A DNA stretch of 64,000 nucleotides from an uncultured delta proteobacterium (GTDB lineage Bacteria; Desulfobacterota; Syntrophobacteria; Syntrophobacterales; Syntrophobacteraceae): contig CAWEHK010000041.1 of the NCBI GenBank assembly GCA_963808625.1, positions 32,001 to 96,000 on the forward strand. Direction: 5' to 3'. Of this stretch, positions 23,806-32,921 are shown one piece after another (position 1 is the first letter of the stretch; each line of letters begins with the position of its first letter). Both the position numbers and the translations under genes were made by a program. The notes under the pieces were generated by a model that was given only the letters and a program-made list of their open reading frames with translations, was not told where the DNA came from and did no database searches.

Positions 23806-25016
23806 TAAGGCTCCGCAATATGCAATAAAGCTTCAATGCGATCAAAAACCCGCTCTGCGACTTCTTCCTTGGTCAATGGTGGCAGCTCGGTAACGATCCC
23901 CTTTCGATCGATGACCTTGACCTGATTGGTGTCGCAGCCAAATCCGGAGCCGGCCTGAGTGAGGTTGTTCGCGACAATAAAGTCGAGGTCCTTTTCGATG
24001 AGCTTTTCCGTTGCGTTTTCTATCAGGTTCTCGGTTTCTGCAGCAAAGCCGACGAGCACGGGTCGCCGCGATCCTGCCCGTGATTTTCCGAGGTGTCTCA
24101 GGATATCAGGGTTTCTCACCAGAGTGACGGTCATCTCGTCCTGAAGCTTTTTCAATTTCTCGGGCGCAACCTGCCGTGGCCGATAGTCCCCAACGGCGGC
24201 GGCCATGACAATCGCGTCCATGTCTTGAGCATGCCCCAGGACGACATCTCTCATTTGGTGTGCTGTCATAACTTTCTCAAAATGGACTCCATAAGGTGGG
24301 GGAAGGGCACTGGGACCGGTGACCAGGTAGACTTCTGCAGCGCGTCGAGAGGCGACCGAAGCCAGGGCGTAGCCCATCTTGCCGCTCGATGGATTGCTGA
24401 TGAAACGCACCGGGTCAAAAGGTTCCCAGGTGGGGCCGGCACTGACCAGGACGCGCTTGCCCTCGAGGCTGGCAGGAGTCAACAAGCGCCTTGCCGTTTC
24501 GACGATGACCGAGAGCTCGATCAAACGTCCGGCGCCTTCCTCTTTGCAGGCGAGCTCCCCCACTTCCGGCTCCAGGATGTGGTAATGAAACTCGCGCAAC
24601 ACGGTCAAATTCCTTTGAGTCATATGATTTTCATACATTTTGACGTTCATCGCGGGGCAGACCACAATCGGCGCCGTAGTGGCGAGCAAGATGGTGGTGA
24701 GGTAATCGTCCGCAATGCCGGCAGCCATTTTGGCGATGAGATTGGCAGTGACGGGTGCGAGGATGACCAGATCCGCCGTTCGGGCCAGGTGAATGTGACC
24801 GATTTGAGATTCGTATTCCAGGTTAAAAAGATCTGTCCCTACGGGGTTGCCCGTGAGCGCCTGAAACGTCAACGGCGCAATGAAGCGCTGCGCATTGGCG
24901 GTCATTACCACATGGACGTTCGCCCCGTCTTTAACCAACAGGCGAACGAGTTCGGCAGCTTTGTAGGCGGCAATGCCGCCGCTGATGCCCAGGAGGACCG
25001 ACTTCCCATTCAACAT
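23805..25016 (-). CDS. coaBC: Phosphopantothenoylcysteine decarboxylase/synthetase
   Basis: GGIAAYK, PAMNVKM, LAC, DPVRFISNPSSGKMG, VGFAAET. Confidence 0.97.
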   Translation of the reverse strand: MLNGKSVLLGISGGIAAYKAAELVRLLVKDGANVHVVMTANAQRFIAPLTFQALTGNPVGTDLFNLEYESQIGHIHLARTADLVILAPVTANLIAKMAAGIADDYLTTILLATTAPIVVCPAMNVKMYENHMTQRNLTVLREFHYHILEPEVGELACKEEGAGRLIELSVIVETARRLLTPASLEGKRVLVSAGPTWEPFDPVRFISNPSSGKMGYALASVASRRAAEVYLVTGPSALPPPYGVHFEKVMTAHQMRDVVLGHAQDMDAIVMAAAVGDYRPRQVAPEKLKKLQDEMTVTLVRNPDILRHLGKSRAGSRRPVLVGFAAETENLIENATEKLIEKDLDFIVANNLTQAGSGFGCDTNQVKVIDRKGIVTELPPLTKEEVAERVFDRIEALLHIAEP

Positions 25017-25052
25017 GAGATTACCTTCGATTAACAGGTTGAACCTACTTCA

Positions 25053-25164
25053 AACCACGGAACACACAGAAAACACGGAAAAATCACCTCTGAGCTTTCG
25101 TGTCTCCAGTATTTTCCGTGTATTCCGTGGTTGAGGATGACCTTTTTTCTTGGACCGCCCCTTA
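25053..25164. repeat. Palindromic element (ACCACGGAA.AC type) followed by a solo TIR plus TTA
   Basis: AACCACGGAACACACAGAAAA ... TTTTCCGTGTATTCCGTGGTT; TTTCTTGGACCGCCCC-TTA at 25146-25164. Confidence 0.65.
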
Positions 25165-25193
25165 ACCGCAAAACCATGCCTCGCGGCAGCAGC

Positions 25194-25706
25194 CTAGCCA
25201 CCCGCGGGGGTCACAAAAATCTCCACATAGGTATAGATCGTTCCTTCATAGAGGCGAATAACACAGATTCTGTCGGGCTTTTCGAAGATAAGAACCGATC
25301 GCTGATAGCGGAAAGCTCCCTTCGGTTTCCAGTTCTCGCGGGGCATGGCCATCTGAAAGAAACTGATGAGAGAATTGAGGTCAACCCGTCCTCGCAAGGT
25401 GAGGATACCGGTCTTGATGGAGCCCGCTTGGACCACGTATGATTCTTTGGATTGCAGGTCCAGTTCCTGAGGCGTCGGGATATCCGGGAAGTCATAAAAG
25501 ATTGGTCGTGGCGCGGATGGCGATGAAGCCGAAGGGGGCGCAGAAGGAGTGGCAGCCGTTGCCGTACCCGGCGCCGGTTGCTGACCTACAGGATTGGGCG
25601 GAGGGGTGGTGTTTTGCCCCCCCATCGAGCTGCATCCAGAGAGCGCCACAATCCAAATCAAAGCTGCGACGATCAACGCCAATTCGTTAGGCTTACGAAT
25701 TTTCAT
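25194..25706 (-). CDS. Hypothetical lipoprotein
   Basis: Signal peptide with LSGC lipobox, Pro/Ser linker, globular C-terminal domain. Confidence 0.75.
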   Translation of the reverse strand: MKIRKPNELALIVAALIWIVALSGCSSMGGQNTTPPPNPVGQQPAPGTATAATPSAPPSASSPSAPRPIFYDFPDIPTPQELDLQSKESYVVQAGSIKTGILTLRGRVDLNSLISFFQMAMPRENWKPKGAFRYQRSVLIFEKPDRICVIRLYEGTIYTYVEIFVTPAGG

Positions 25707-25781
25707 TTTCCTCTCCCTCCGCGAAAAGGTGTTCTCCCATCCGGAACGTTGCCCGGAGCCATGCAAGAAAGCGCACGACAG

Positions 25782-26414
25782 CTACTGAAAGAAGGGATTG
25801 CTCCTCTGCTCTCGTTCGACCGTGGTTTTCGGGCCGTGACCAGGGAAAACCGCGGTTTTCCCGTCGAGCGGGAAAATCTTCTCCCGCACCGATCTGATCA
25901 ACTGGCTGTAGGAACCGCCAGGGAAATCCGTGCGCCCAATAGAGCCGGCAAACAAGGTGTCGCCGACAAAAATGACACCGGCATCAGGGAGATGAAAAGA
26001 AACATGCCCCGGGGTGTGCCCCGGCGTTTCGAGCACCCCAAAACAGAGCGATCCGAACTCCAGGGAGTCTCCCTCTTTCAGGTTTCGATCCACCTTCTTG
26101 TCTGTTGTCCGGGGCTTCGGTGCAAAAAGAGACCCCATCCCGGCCATGCTCTGCTGGAAAATCACTTCGTCTTTGGGGTGGAGATAAATCTCTCCGCCCA
26201 ATCGCTGCTTCAGGGCCCAAGCGTCCATGATGTGGTCGAAGTGACCATGGGTGTTAAGGATAGCCACCAGGTTCAGTCCCAGTTGCTGAATTCTGCTCGC
26301 GATCCGTTCGCTGTCACCCCCAGGATCGATTACCACGGCCACGCGTGTTTGACTATCACCGAGAAGGTAGCAGTTGGTTTGAAGCATACCAACCACAAAA
26401 GATTCGAGGATCAT
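25782..26414 (-). CDS. MBL-fold metallo-hydrolase (glyoxalase II-like)
   Basis: THGHFDH, TPGHTPG, GDTLF, PGHG. Confidence 0.93.
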   Translation of the reverse strand: MILESFVVGMLQTNCYLLGDSQTRVAVVIDPGGDSERIASRIQQLGLNLVAILNTHGHFDHIMDAWALKQRLGGEIYLHPKDEVIFQQSMAGMGSLFAPKPRTTDKKVDRNLKEGDSLEFGSLCFGVLETPGHTPGHVSFHLPDAGVIFVGDTLFAGSIGRTDFPGGSYSQLIRSVREKIFPLDGKTAVFPGHGPKTTVEREQRSNPFFQ

Positions 26415-26437
26415 TTTGCACCTTTCTTGCCTGGACA

Positions 26438-26968
26438 CTATTTTTCAAGCACCACGAGCTCTTCTACCGGTTTCCGATGCGAAGTCTGATTGCGGTGGAG
26501 CGGGTGGCCGACGGCAACGACAGCCATGAGCTCAAGGCGCTCCGGGAGCTCGAGAAGACTGAGGACCCTCTCCTTGTTTTTCAAGATCTCCCCGATCCAG
26601 GTTGCTCCGAGGCCATGGGCATGCACCGCCAGCAAGAGGTTCTGCAGACAGGCTCCGATGGCCTGACAGTCCTTGACGCGATCATAAGAACTATCCTGGT
26701 CCAGGAAGACCGGAACCAGGACCGCAGCATTCTTGAGGACCGCAGAGTAACGGGTCAGGCGCCCCAGTTCTTCCTTCAGACGCTGGTCCCAAATAATGGC
26801 AAAGCGCCAGGGCTGGTTGTTCAATCCCGAGGGGGCCCACGATGCAGCTTGCAGAATTTCCATGATCAAACGGCGTTCTACCGGGGCTTCGGTAAAATTC
26901 CTCACACTGCGCCGCTCGTAGATGGTCCTAATCACCTCCAAACCGGCTCTTTCCGGGTCCATGAGCAC
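26438..26968 (-). CDS. Nitroreductase family protein
   Basis: RRSVR, APSGLNNQPW, QNLLLAVHAHGLG. Confidence 0.93.
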   Translation of the reverse strand: MLMDPERAGLEVIRTIYERRSVRNFTEAPVERRLIMEILQAASWAPSGLNNQPWRFAIIWDQRLKEELGRLTRYSAVLKNAAVLVPVFLDQDSSYDRVKDCQAIGACLQNLLLAVHAHGLGATWIGEILKNKERVLSLLELPERLELMAVVAVGHPLHRNQTSHRKPVEELVVLEK

Positions 26969-27317
26969 TCCTTTGCATCACCTTATAAACAAAAAACCGC
27001 CATTCTCCCATCACCTTTAACCAACTCGTAAACCAAAAACGAGCCCAATCAACTCATCTTGGGCAGGTTGGCGTCTGTGATTTCAGTCACATCGTGTCAT
27101 GATTTATAGCAGAATCTGTTTCAGCTTTAACAAAAAATCATCTTGTGGCTTGGAATTTTGCGGCTAATATGGTTAACGTTTCGGCCCGGCAGCAGATGCT
27201 GCGCCCTCTGCCCCGGGTGCCCGGGAGTTCCAATTATGGATGGAATCTCAATTCTGGATGCCGGGTTCTTCTTTCCAGCGTGGCGCAGATGCTTAAGATG
27301 TTCCGAGTTGAGAGCCT

Positions 27318-27672
27318 ATGATGGTCCAATTGTCACCGGAAAAAGACCTGCTTCGGGAGGGCACTATTTTCCTTGCACCTGGAGGGCGTCGTGGCCATGA
27401 GCACGGTGCCGGGGATTCGCCGGGCGCTCCTTGGCGCAGCGAGGAAGAGCGAGGTTAAAGAAGTTCGCCTCGATTTTTCCCGGGTCACGTTACTGGATAC
27501 CGCTGGTGTTGCCATGCTCGTGGAAATCTGGAGAGAGCTTGCCCGCAGGGGTGGAACACTCCGGCTGACCGGTCTGAGCGAAAATGCCAGGAGGCTGATT
27601 CAGTTGGCCGGGCTTGATCAGATCTTCAATCTGCGGGATGATCCGGAGAGGAGGATTCCTTATGGCTCATAA
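27318..27672 (+). CDS. STAS domain protein, MlaB-like (frameshift near 27372)
   Basis: LDFSRVTLLDTAG, LIQLAGL; first gene of the Mla-type operon. Confidence 0.75.
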
Positions 27673-28475
27673 GGATTTGATCGAGGTGTGCGGCCTGAAC
27701 AGCTATTATAGCGGGCGGCAGGTCCTTTTCGATATCCGTTTTGGGATCCCTGACACGCAGATTACGGTAATCATGGGAGTGAGCGGTTGTGGAAAAACCA
27801 CGCTCCTCAGGCATCTGATCGGGCTGAAGCCCACTTGGCCAGGCCAGATAATGGTTGATGGTCAGGACATGGGGAGGTTCAACGAGGAGGAAATGCAGAG
27901 CTATCGGCGCCGCATTGGCGTGCTGTTTCAAAGCGGTGCGCTTTTTAACTCGATGACGGTGTCGGACAACATTGCCGTTCCCCTGAAAGTCCATACTCGA
28001 CTGGCCAACGAGACCATCCGTATCATGGCGCTGATCAAGCTCAACCTTTTGGGATTGGCGGAGTTCGGCGCCTACATGCCATCCCAGTTGAGCGGCGGGA
28101 TGCGCAAGCGTGCCGGTTTGGCGCGGGCGTTGGCGATGGACCCCGAAATCCTCTTTGTGGATGAGCCCTCTTCAGGTTTGGACCCGATCACGGCTGCCGG
28201 GTTGGACCGCCTGATTCCGGAGCTGCGCGACACACTGGGAATGACCATCATTGTGGTTACGCATGAACTGGAGAGTGCTTTTCGAATTGCCGACCGACTG
28301 ATTGTGATGGATGGCGGGCGCATTCTTGCAGCGGGAAGCCCCGAAGCGATCCGGGCAAGCCAAGACGAGCGGGTGCTGCAGTTTCTCGAGAGAAAGGCCG
28401 ACACTGCGGAAGTCAATACCGACGGGCTATTTGTCTCGCATCAGGGGAAGCGAAACAAGCAGGAGTGCCTCATGA
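27662..28475 (+). CDS. mlaF: ABC transporter ATP-binding protein MlaF (3' end apparently frameshifted into mlaE)
   Basis: GVSGCGKT, FQSGALF, LSGGMRKRAGLARA, DEPSSGLDP. Confidence 0.9.
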
Positions 28476-29257
28476 CCCGTTTGGTTCAATTGCTGGGCGC
28501 CTTCGTTCTGGATCAGCTTGCATCCCTGGGTCGCATGGGGCTCTTTTTGGTTTATATGATCAGAGGCACCGTCAAGCCGCCGGGGAAGTTCTGGCCGGTC
28601 GTAAAGCAAATCCACTTCATCGGCACGAAGTCGTTTTTTGTGATCGGATTTACTGCGGCCTTCACCGGGATGGTGCTTGGTTTGCAGGGTTATTACACGC
28701 TCTCTAAATTCGGTTCCGAGGGTTTATTGGGATCAGGGGTGGCCCTCAGTTTGATCCGCGAGCTGGGACCGGTGCTCACAGCGCTGATGGTTACGGGCCG
28801 GGCGGGTTCAGCCATGTGTGCCGAGATCGGGATCATGCGGATTGACGAACAAATCGATGCGCTCGAATGCATGGCTATCGACCCTTATGCCTACCTGATT
28901 ACCCCGAAACTCCTTGCCGGCCTGGTCTGTCTTCCCCTCCTCACGGCCTATTGTGATGTCGTTGGGATCTATGGCGGCTATGTGATCGGGGTTAACCTCC
29001 TGGGGGTGAGCCCGGGAGCATACCTCTCAGGGATTGAAAGCAGCGTGGTCTGGAAAGACGTTTACATGGGCATCATAAAATCGCTCTGTTTTGCGGTCTT
29101 GATGATTTGGATCTGTACCTACAAGGGCTTTTACGCCGGGATTGACGAGGGCAATTTCGGTCCCGAGCAAGTAAGCCGGGCGACCACCGATGCCGTGGTG
29201 CTCTCATCGGTGTCCATTCTCGCGGGCGATTATGTGGTCACCTCCATTTTGCTGTAG
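28472..29257 (+). CDS. mlaE: ABC transporter permease MlaE
   Basis: Own AGGAG RBS and ATG; RELGPVLTALMVTGRAGS, EQIDAL. Confidence 0.92.
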   Translation: MTRLVQLLGAFVLDQLASLGRMGLFLVYMIRGTVKPPGKFWPVVKQIHFIGTKSFFVIGFTAAFTGMVLGLQGYYTLSKFGSEGLLGSGVALSLIRELGPVLTALMVTGRAGSAMCAEIGIMRIDEQIDALECMAIDPYAYLITPKLLAGLVCLPLLTAYCDVVGIYGGYVIGVNLLGVSPGAYLSGIESSVVWKDVYMGIIKSLCFAVLMIWICTYKGFYAGIDEGNFGPEQVSRATTDAVVLSSVSILAGDYVVTSILL

Positions 29258-29332
29258 CGTTCATTATTGATTGATATTATGCGACATTCGGTTCGGAGAG
29301 CATCATTTTCTTTAGCGGCAGGGGACGACCAC

Positions 29333-29788
29333 ATGGAAAAAAGGGGACTTGAGTTAGGTGTAGGGCTGTTCTTAATAATTGGGCTTGCATGCCTGGGTTA
29401 CCTATCTTTTAAACTGGGTGATATCCGTCTTTGGGGTAGTTCCGACTACGACGTTCACGCCAGGTTTTCAAATGTCGCCGGGTTGAAGGACAAGGCGGCG
29501 GTGACGATGGCGGGAGTGACCATCGGTCAGGTTAAGGACATCAATTGGTCGATGGCCAGGCCCTCCTGACCGTCAGCATCAACAAAGACGTTCGTCTCGA
29601 AGAGGATGTTATTGCCAGCATCAAGACCATGGGCATCATCGGGGACAAGTATGTCTCGGTCAGTCGCGGGAGCTTCCGAAGAGTACATCAAACCGGGAGG
29701 GATGATAAAGGATACGCAACCGCCTTTGGACCTGGAAAACCTGGTGAGCAAGTTCGTCTTTGGAAATGCTGAAAAATCGAAGCAGTAA
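29333..29788 (+). CDS. mlaD: MCE-domain protein MlaD (two frameshifts)
   Basis: VGLF, ARFSNVAGLK, GVTIGQV, GIIGDKY, DLENLVSKF. Confidence 0.88.
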
Positions 29789-29876
29789 CTTCGAGCCAAG
29801 CCGGAACGGGATGACGCCCGGTTGCCTCCTGTGAACCGGGGAGTCTCGCACCAAAGCCATCCGATTGTTGGAAAAA

Positions 29877-29910
29877 GGAAAAGCCGCTAAAGGACTTTAG
29901 CGGCTTTTCC
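29877..29910. terminator. Bidirectional terminator
   Basis: GGAAAAGCCGCTAAAG-GA-CTTTAGCGGCTTTTCC between convergent genes. Confidence 0.85.
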
Positions 29911-29939
29911 GTGCAACCAGAAAGTAATGCGTAGCGAAA

Positions 29940-30196
29940 CTACTTCTTCATTTTCTTCATGAAAATGTCTTCGCACTTCTGTGCGGCGGCCTCAGCCCGG
30001 CGAGCGGCTGCATCGGCTTTCATCGCGGCAGCTTCAGCTTGCTTGGCATAATTTGCACAGGACTGCTCTACCTGCTGGCCTTGTCCAGAGCTGCCTGACA
30101 GAGTTCGGTGCATTTCTTGGCATCTTGCGTACAAGCACAACCAACCACCGTGAAAGCGAAAGCGACCAGCAACAGAACTGACATTATTCTCTTCAT
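29940..30196 (-). CDS. Lpp/OprI-like alanine-zipper lipoprotein (frameshift near 30075)
   Basis: GAGGAA RBS, signal peptide with VVGC lipobox, Ala-rich heptads, C-terminus MKKMKK; adjacent to an L,D-transpeptidase. Confidence 0.75.
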
Positions 30197-30462
30197 AACT
30201 CTTTCCTCCTTCGAAAACCTGACTTGACTCTTGTGTTGATGAAATTTGCCTATCTGCTCATAAAACCTGTTGGATATGTTTGCTTCCCACCTCCTCCCTT
30301 TTTCAATGAATTCACTGCAAAAGCGCTTGGGAATTGCCTTCGCTATCCCGCACCGTTGGGAAAAACAACATAAGGCTACTCTAGAAAATCCTAAAATCAA
30401 GAAGTTTTTTAGCCTGCACCGAACGCGATATTGCGCTTTCGACACGGCATCGCATAGCACTA

Positions 30463-31416
30463 CTACTGCATAATATCAACCAATTTCAGGGACGTTTCGT
30501 CGGCTGCCAACCGGGAGACATTGGTGGGCACCCCGTTTTGGAGCTTTACCGCCATAAGGTATTTCTTTTGGTCGATGTATTTCGCCAGAGGGTGCTGCGC
30601 CAGCTTACCAAGAGCATACTGAACGTAGTCGGGGATTCGTCGGTACACGTCAGGATGGGACTCGACAAAGATCTGTCCGTTCTTTTGTCCGAACTTGACC
30701 GGTTCATAGATGATCTCCAACTTGGTTCCCATCGGCACCTGCGGATAGAGGAGCTTTATGTGCTCCGGGTAGCATCGAATGCACCCATGGCTAACCAGAC
30801 GTCCGACCCCCCAGGGCATCGCCGTGCCATGAACGCCATAAGCACCCGCAGAGAATTTCATGACATACTCACCGAGAGGATTCTCCGGCCCGGGAGGCAT
30901 CGAAGCCATGCCATATTTCTCTTGCAGGGAAGCGGGGATATACCAGGTCGGATTGGCTCTCTTATCATTGATAAAGAAGGTGCCGAGCGGGCTCTCCCAG
31001 CCTTCGTCGCCGATCCCGATGGGATAAGTCTGGACCGTGGAAGAGGCCTTGTCAAAAAAGTACAGCCTGAGTTCCGGTATGTTGATAACGAGCTGCTGGT
31101 GCTGACTGGGAGGCAGGACCCAGAAGGTGGGGATAGAAATTTTCTTGTCGGTTGGGGGGACCCACGCGTCCATGCGAGGGAAGAGAAGATCCATCTCATT
31201 ATAGCCCAGACCGTGCTTCCTGGCGATATCGAGCATGCTTTCCCGGGCGCCGATCTTGTACCAGGTCGGCGTCCCAATGACGGTTAACTCGGGGACCCGA
31301 TAGGGATAGCGTTGAACCGTGGCATGGTATTCTTCATCACTACCCTGGGCTTGGGATGCGGCGAATGAGCAGCATATTAAAAGCAGAGAAACGATTGCCA
31401 GGATTCTTCTCTTCAT
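30463..31416 (-). CDS. L,D-transpeptidase, ErfK/YbiS/YcfS type
   Basis: Signal peptide, INIPELRLY, YPIGIG, PPGPENPLG, HGT...SHGCIR. Confidence 0.93.
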   Translation of the reverse strand: MKRRILAIVSLLLICCSFAASQAQGSDEEYHATVQRYPYRVPELTVIGTPTWYKIGARESMLDIARKHGLGYNEMDLLFPRMDAWVPPTDKKISIPTFWVLPPSQHQQLVINIPELRLYFFDKASSTVQTYPIGIGDEGWESPLGTFFINDKRANPTWYIPASLQEKYGMASMPPGPENPLGEYVMKFSAGAYGVHGTAMPWGVGRLVSHGCIRCYPEHIKLLYPQVPMGTKLEIIYEPVKFGQKNGQIFVESHPDVYRRIPDYVQYALGKLAQHPLAKYIDQKKYLMAVKLQNGVPTNVSRLAADETSLKLVDIMQ

Positions 31417-31630
31417 AAATCAATCATCCCAAAATGTTTATTTTTGACTTTGAATCACCAACATAGCCGTGGTGTGAAGTAAAATAAAGGTTCTACAGGT
31501 GTAGATCAAGGTTTTTTTAAAAAGGAAACCATTTAAAACCTTTCTAATGCTTGCCTTGGCAAGATCGCTCTTGACTGATTCCGACATATCGGTCTACAAA
31601 TCAGCTTCTCTTTGCATAGTTCAATGAATT

Positions 31631-32779
31631 TTGGAGGTGAATGAAATGAGTAAACCAAGGATTGATGGACGACCGGCAAATGTTAAAGCGCGCTTTCCCA
31701 ACAGTATTGTTCCCTTGTTCAATGGAAGGGCCCTGCTGGCAGCCGCCAGGAAGCACAAGGGGATGATCATGGCCTGTAACATCCGGTGCCGGTTGCCGGT
31801 GGAGGGCATCGTGCTTGCTTCCATGGCGGCCAAGGCCCCGGTTATGTATGAAATTGCCAAGTCTGAGCTGGGATATACCGAGTTCACCCCGGCAACATTT
31901 GTCGAGTTCATCATTCAGGAAAACGAGCGACTGGGCAATACGGACGTCCCCTTTGGCGTTCATGCGGACCACATCACCGTCAAGAAACCGGAGGAAGTGG
32001 AAAGCGTCGCGGCCCTGATTGCCAAGCAACTGGAAGCAGGGTTCACGTCGTTTGCCATCGATGCTTCGCACATGGAAAATGACAAGAACCTGGCTGCCAC
32101 ATCCGAACTGGCGAGGCCTATCGTGCGGGAAGGCTTGGGATTAGAGGTCGAGCTGGGAGAGATTGGAGCAAAGAGCGGAAGCTCCGAGGGCTTTACGCAG
32201 CCGGAAGAGGCGGAATGGTTCATTGGTGAGCTGGACAAGAACAAGATTCGCCCAAATCTGCTTGCCATCAATAACGGGTCGATCCACGGGACCTATTTCG
32301 GCGCCGCCCATGAGGGCATTCAGCTCGATCTGACGGCGAAGATCTGGGAGTCCATTCAACCCTGGTCCGTGGACGTCGCTCAGCACGGGATCACGGGGAC
32401 TTCCTTGGAAAAGATCTCGTCCTTCATCGAGTACGGAATTCGCAAAGGGAATGTGGGAACGTTGTGGCAGAACATCTCCTTTGGTATGGCCATGAACGAA
32501 AGCGGCAATGCGCTTACCACTGAGAATCGTGAGTACATCAAACGCCCCTATCGCGGCATCCCCGATGAGCTGTGGCAGGAAATGTGGGCCTGGGCGGTGG
32601 AGACCAAGAATACCGGCGGCAACATTAAAAGCGCCAACCAGACTTTTGCTGCAAAAATGAATGCCATCCCGCTGCCATACAAGAAGCGAATCACCGACCA
32701 TGCTTACGAGGAAGCTCTAAGGCTGTTCGAAGCCACCCATTCCATCGGGTTGGCCGAGAGTGTGTGGGATTTTGTCTAA
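31631..32779 (+). CDS. fba: Class II fructose-bisphosphate aldolase (start probably 31640 or 31646)
   Basis: VHADH, IDASH, EVELGEIG, GSIHG, AQHGITG. Confidence 0.88.
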   Translation: MEVNEMSKPRIDGRPANVKARFPNSIVPLFNGRALLAAARKHKGMIMACNIRCRLPVEGIVLASMAAKAPVMYEIAKSELGYTEFTPATFVEFIIQENERLGNTDVPFGVHADHITVKKPEEVESVAALIAKQLEAGFTSFAIDASHMENDKNLAATSELARPIVREGLGLEVELGEIGAKSGSSEGFTQPEEAEWFIGELDKNKIRPNLLAINNGSIHGTYFGAAHEGIQLDLTAKIWESIQPWSVDVAQHGITGTSLEKISSFIEYGIRKGNVGTLWQNISFGMAMNESGNALTTENREYIKRPYRGIPDELWQEMWAWAVETKNTGGNIKSANQTFAAKMNAIPLPYKKRITDHAYEEALRLFEATHSIGLAESVWDFV

Positions 32780-32832
32780 CAGCATCATCAGACAAGAATT
32801 CCATACCCCATTTCCATGTCGATCGACTTAAC

Positions 32833-32862
32833 GGGAATGACAGGCAACAGCCTGTCATTCCC
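32833..32862. terminator. Hairpin between convergent fba and the cysteine synthase fusion
   Basis: GGGAATGACAGGC-AACA-GCCTGTCATTCCC, perfect 13-bp stem. Confidence 0.65.
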
Positions 32863-32921
32863 ATTGACACAGCTATTCCAGATAATTGCTCCGTGGCTTC
32901 CCGGTCAGCCGGTGGTGCGGG

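Noticed and set aside
27614..29257. Apparent MlaF-MlaE fusion (547-aa ORF)
   Set aside because: mlaE has its own AGGAG RBS and ATG at 28472, and a one-base shift near 28433 would end mlaF at an ATGA overlap, so this is most likely an indel artefact
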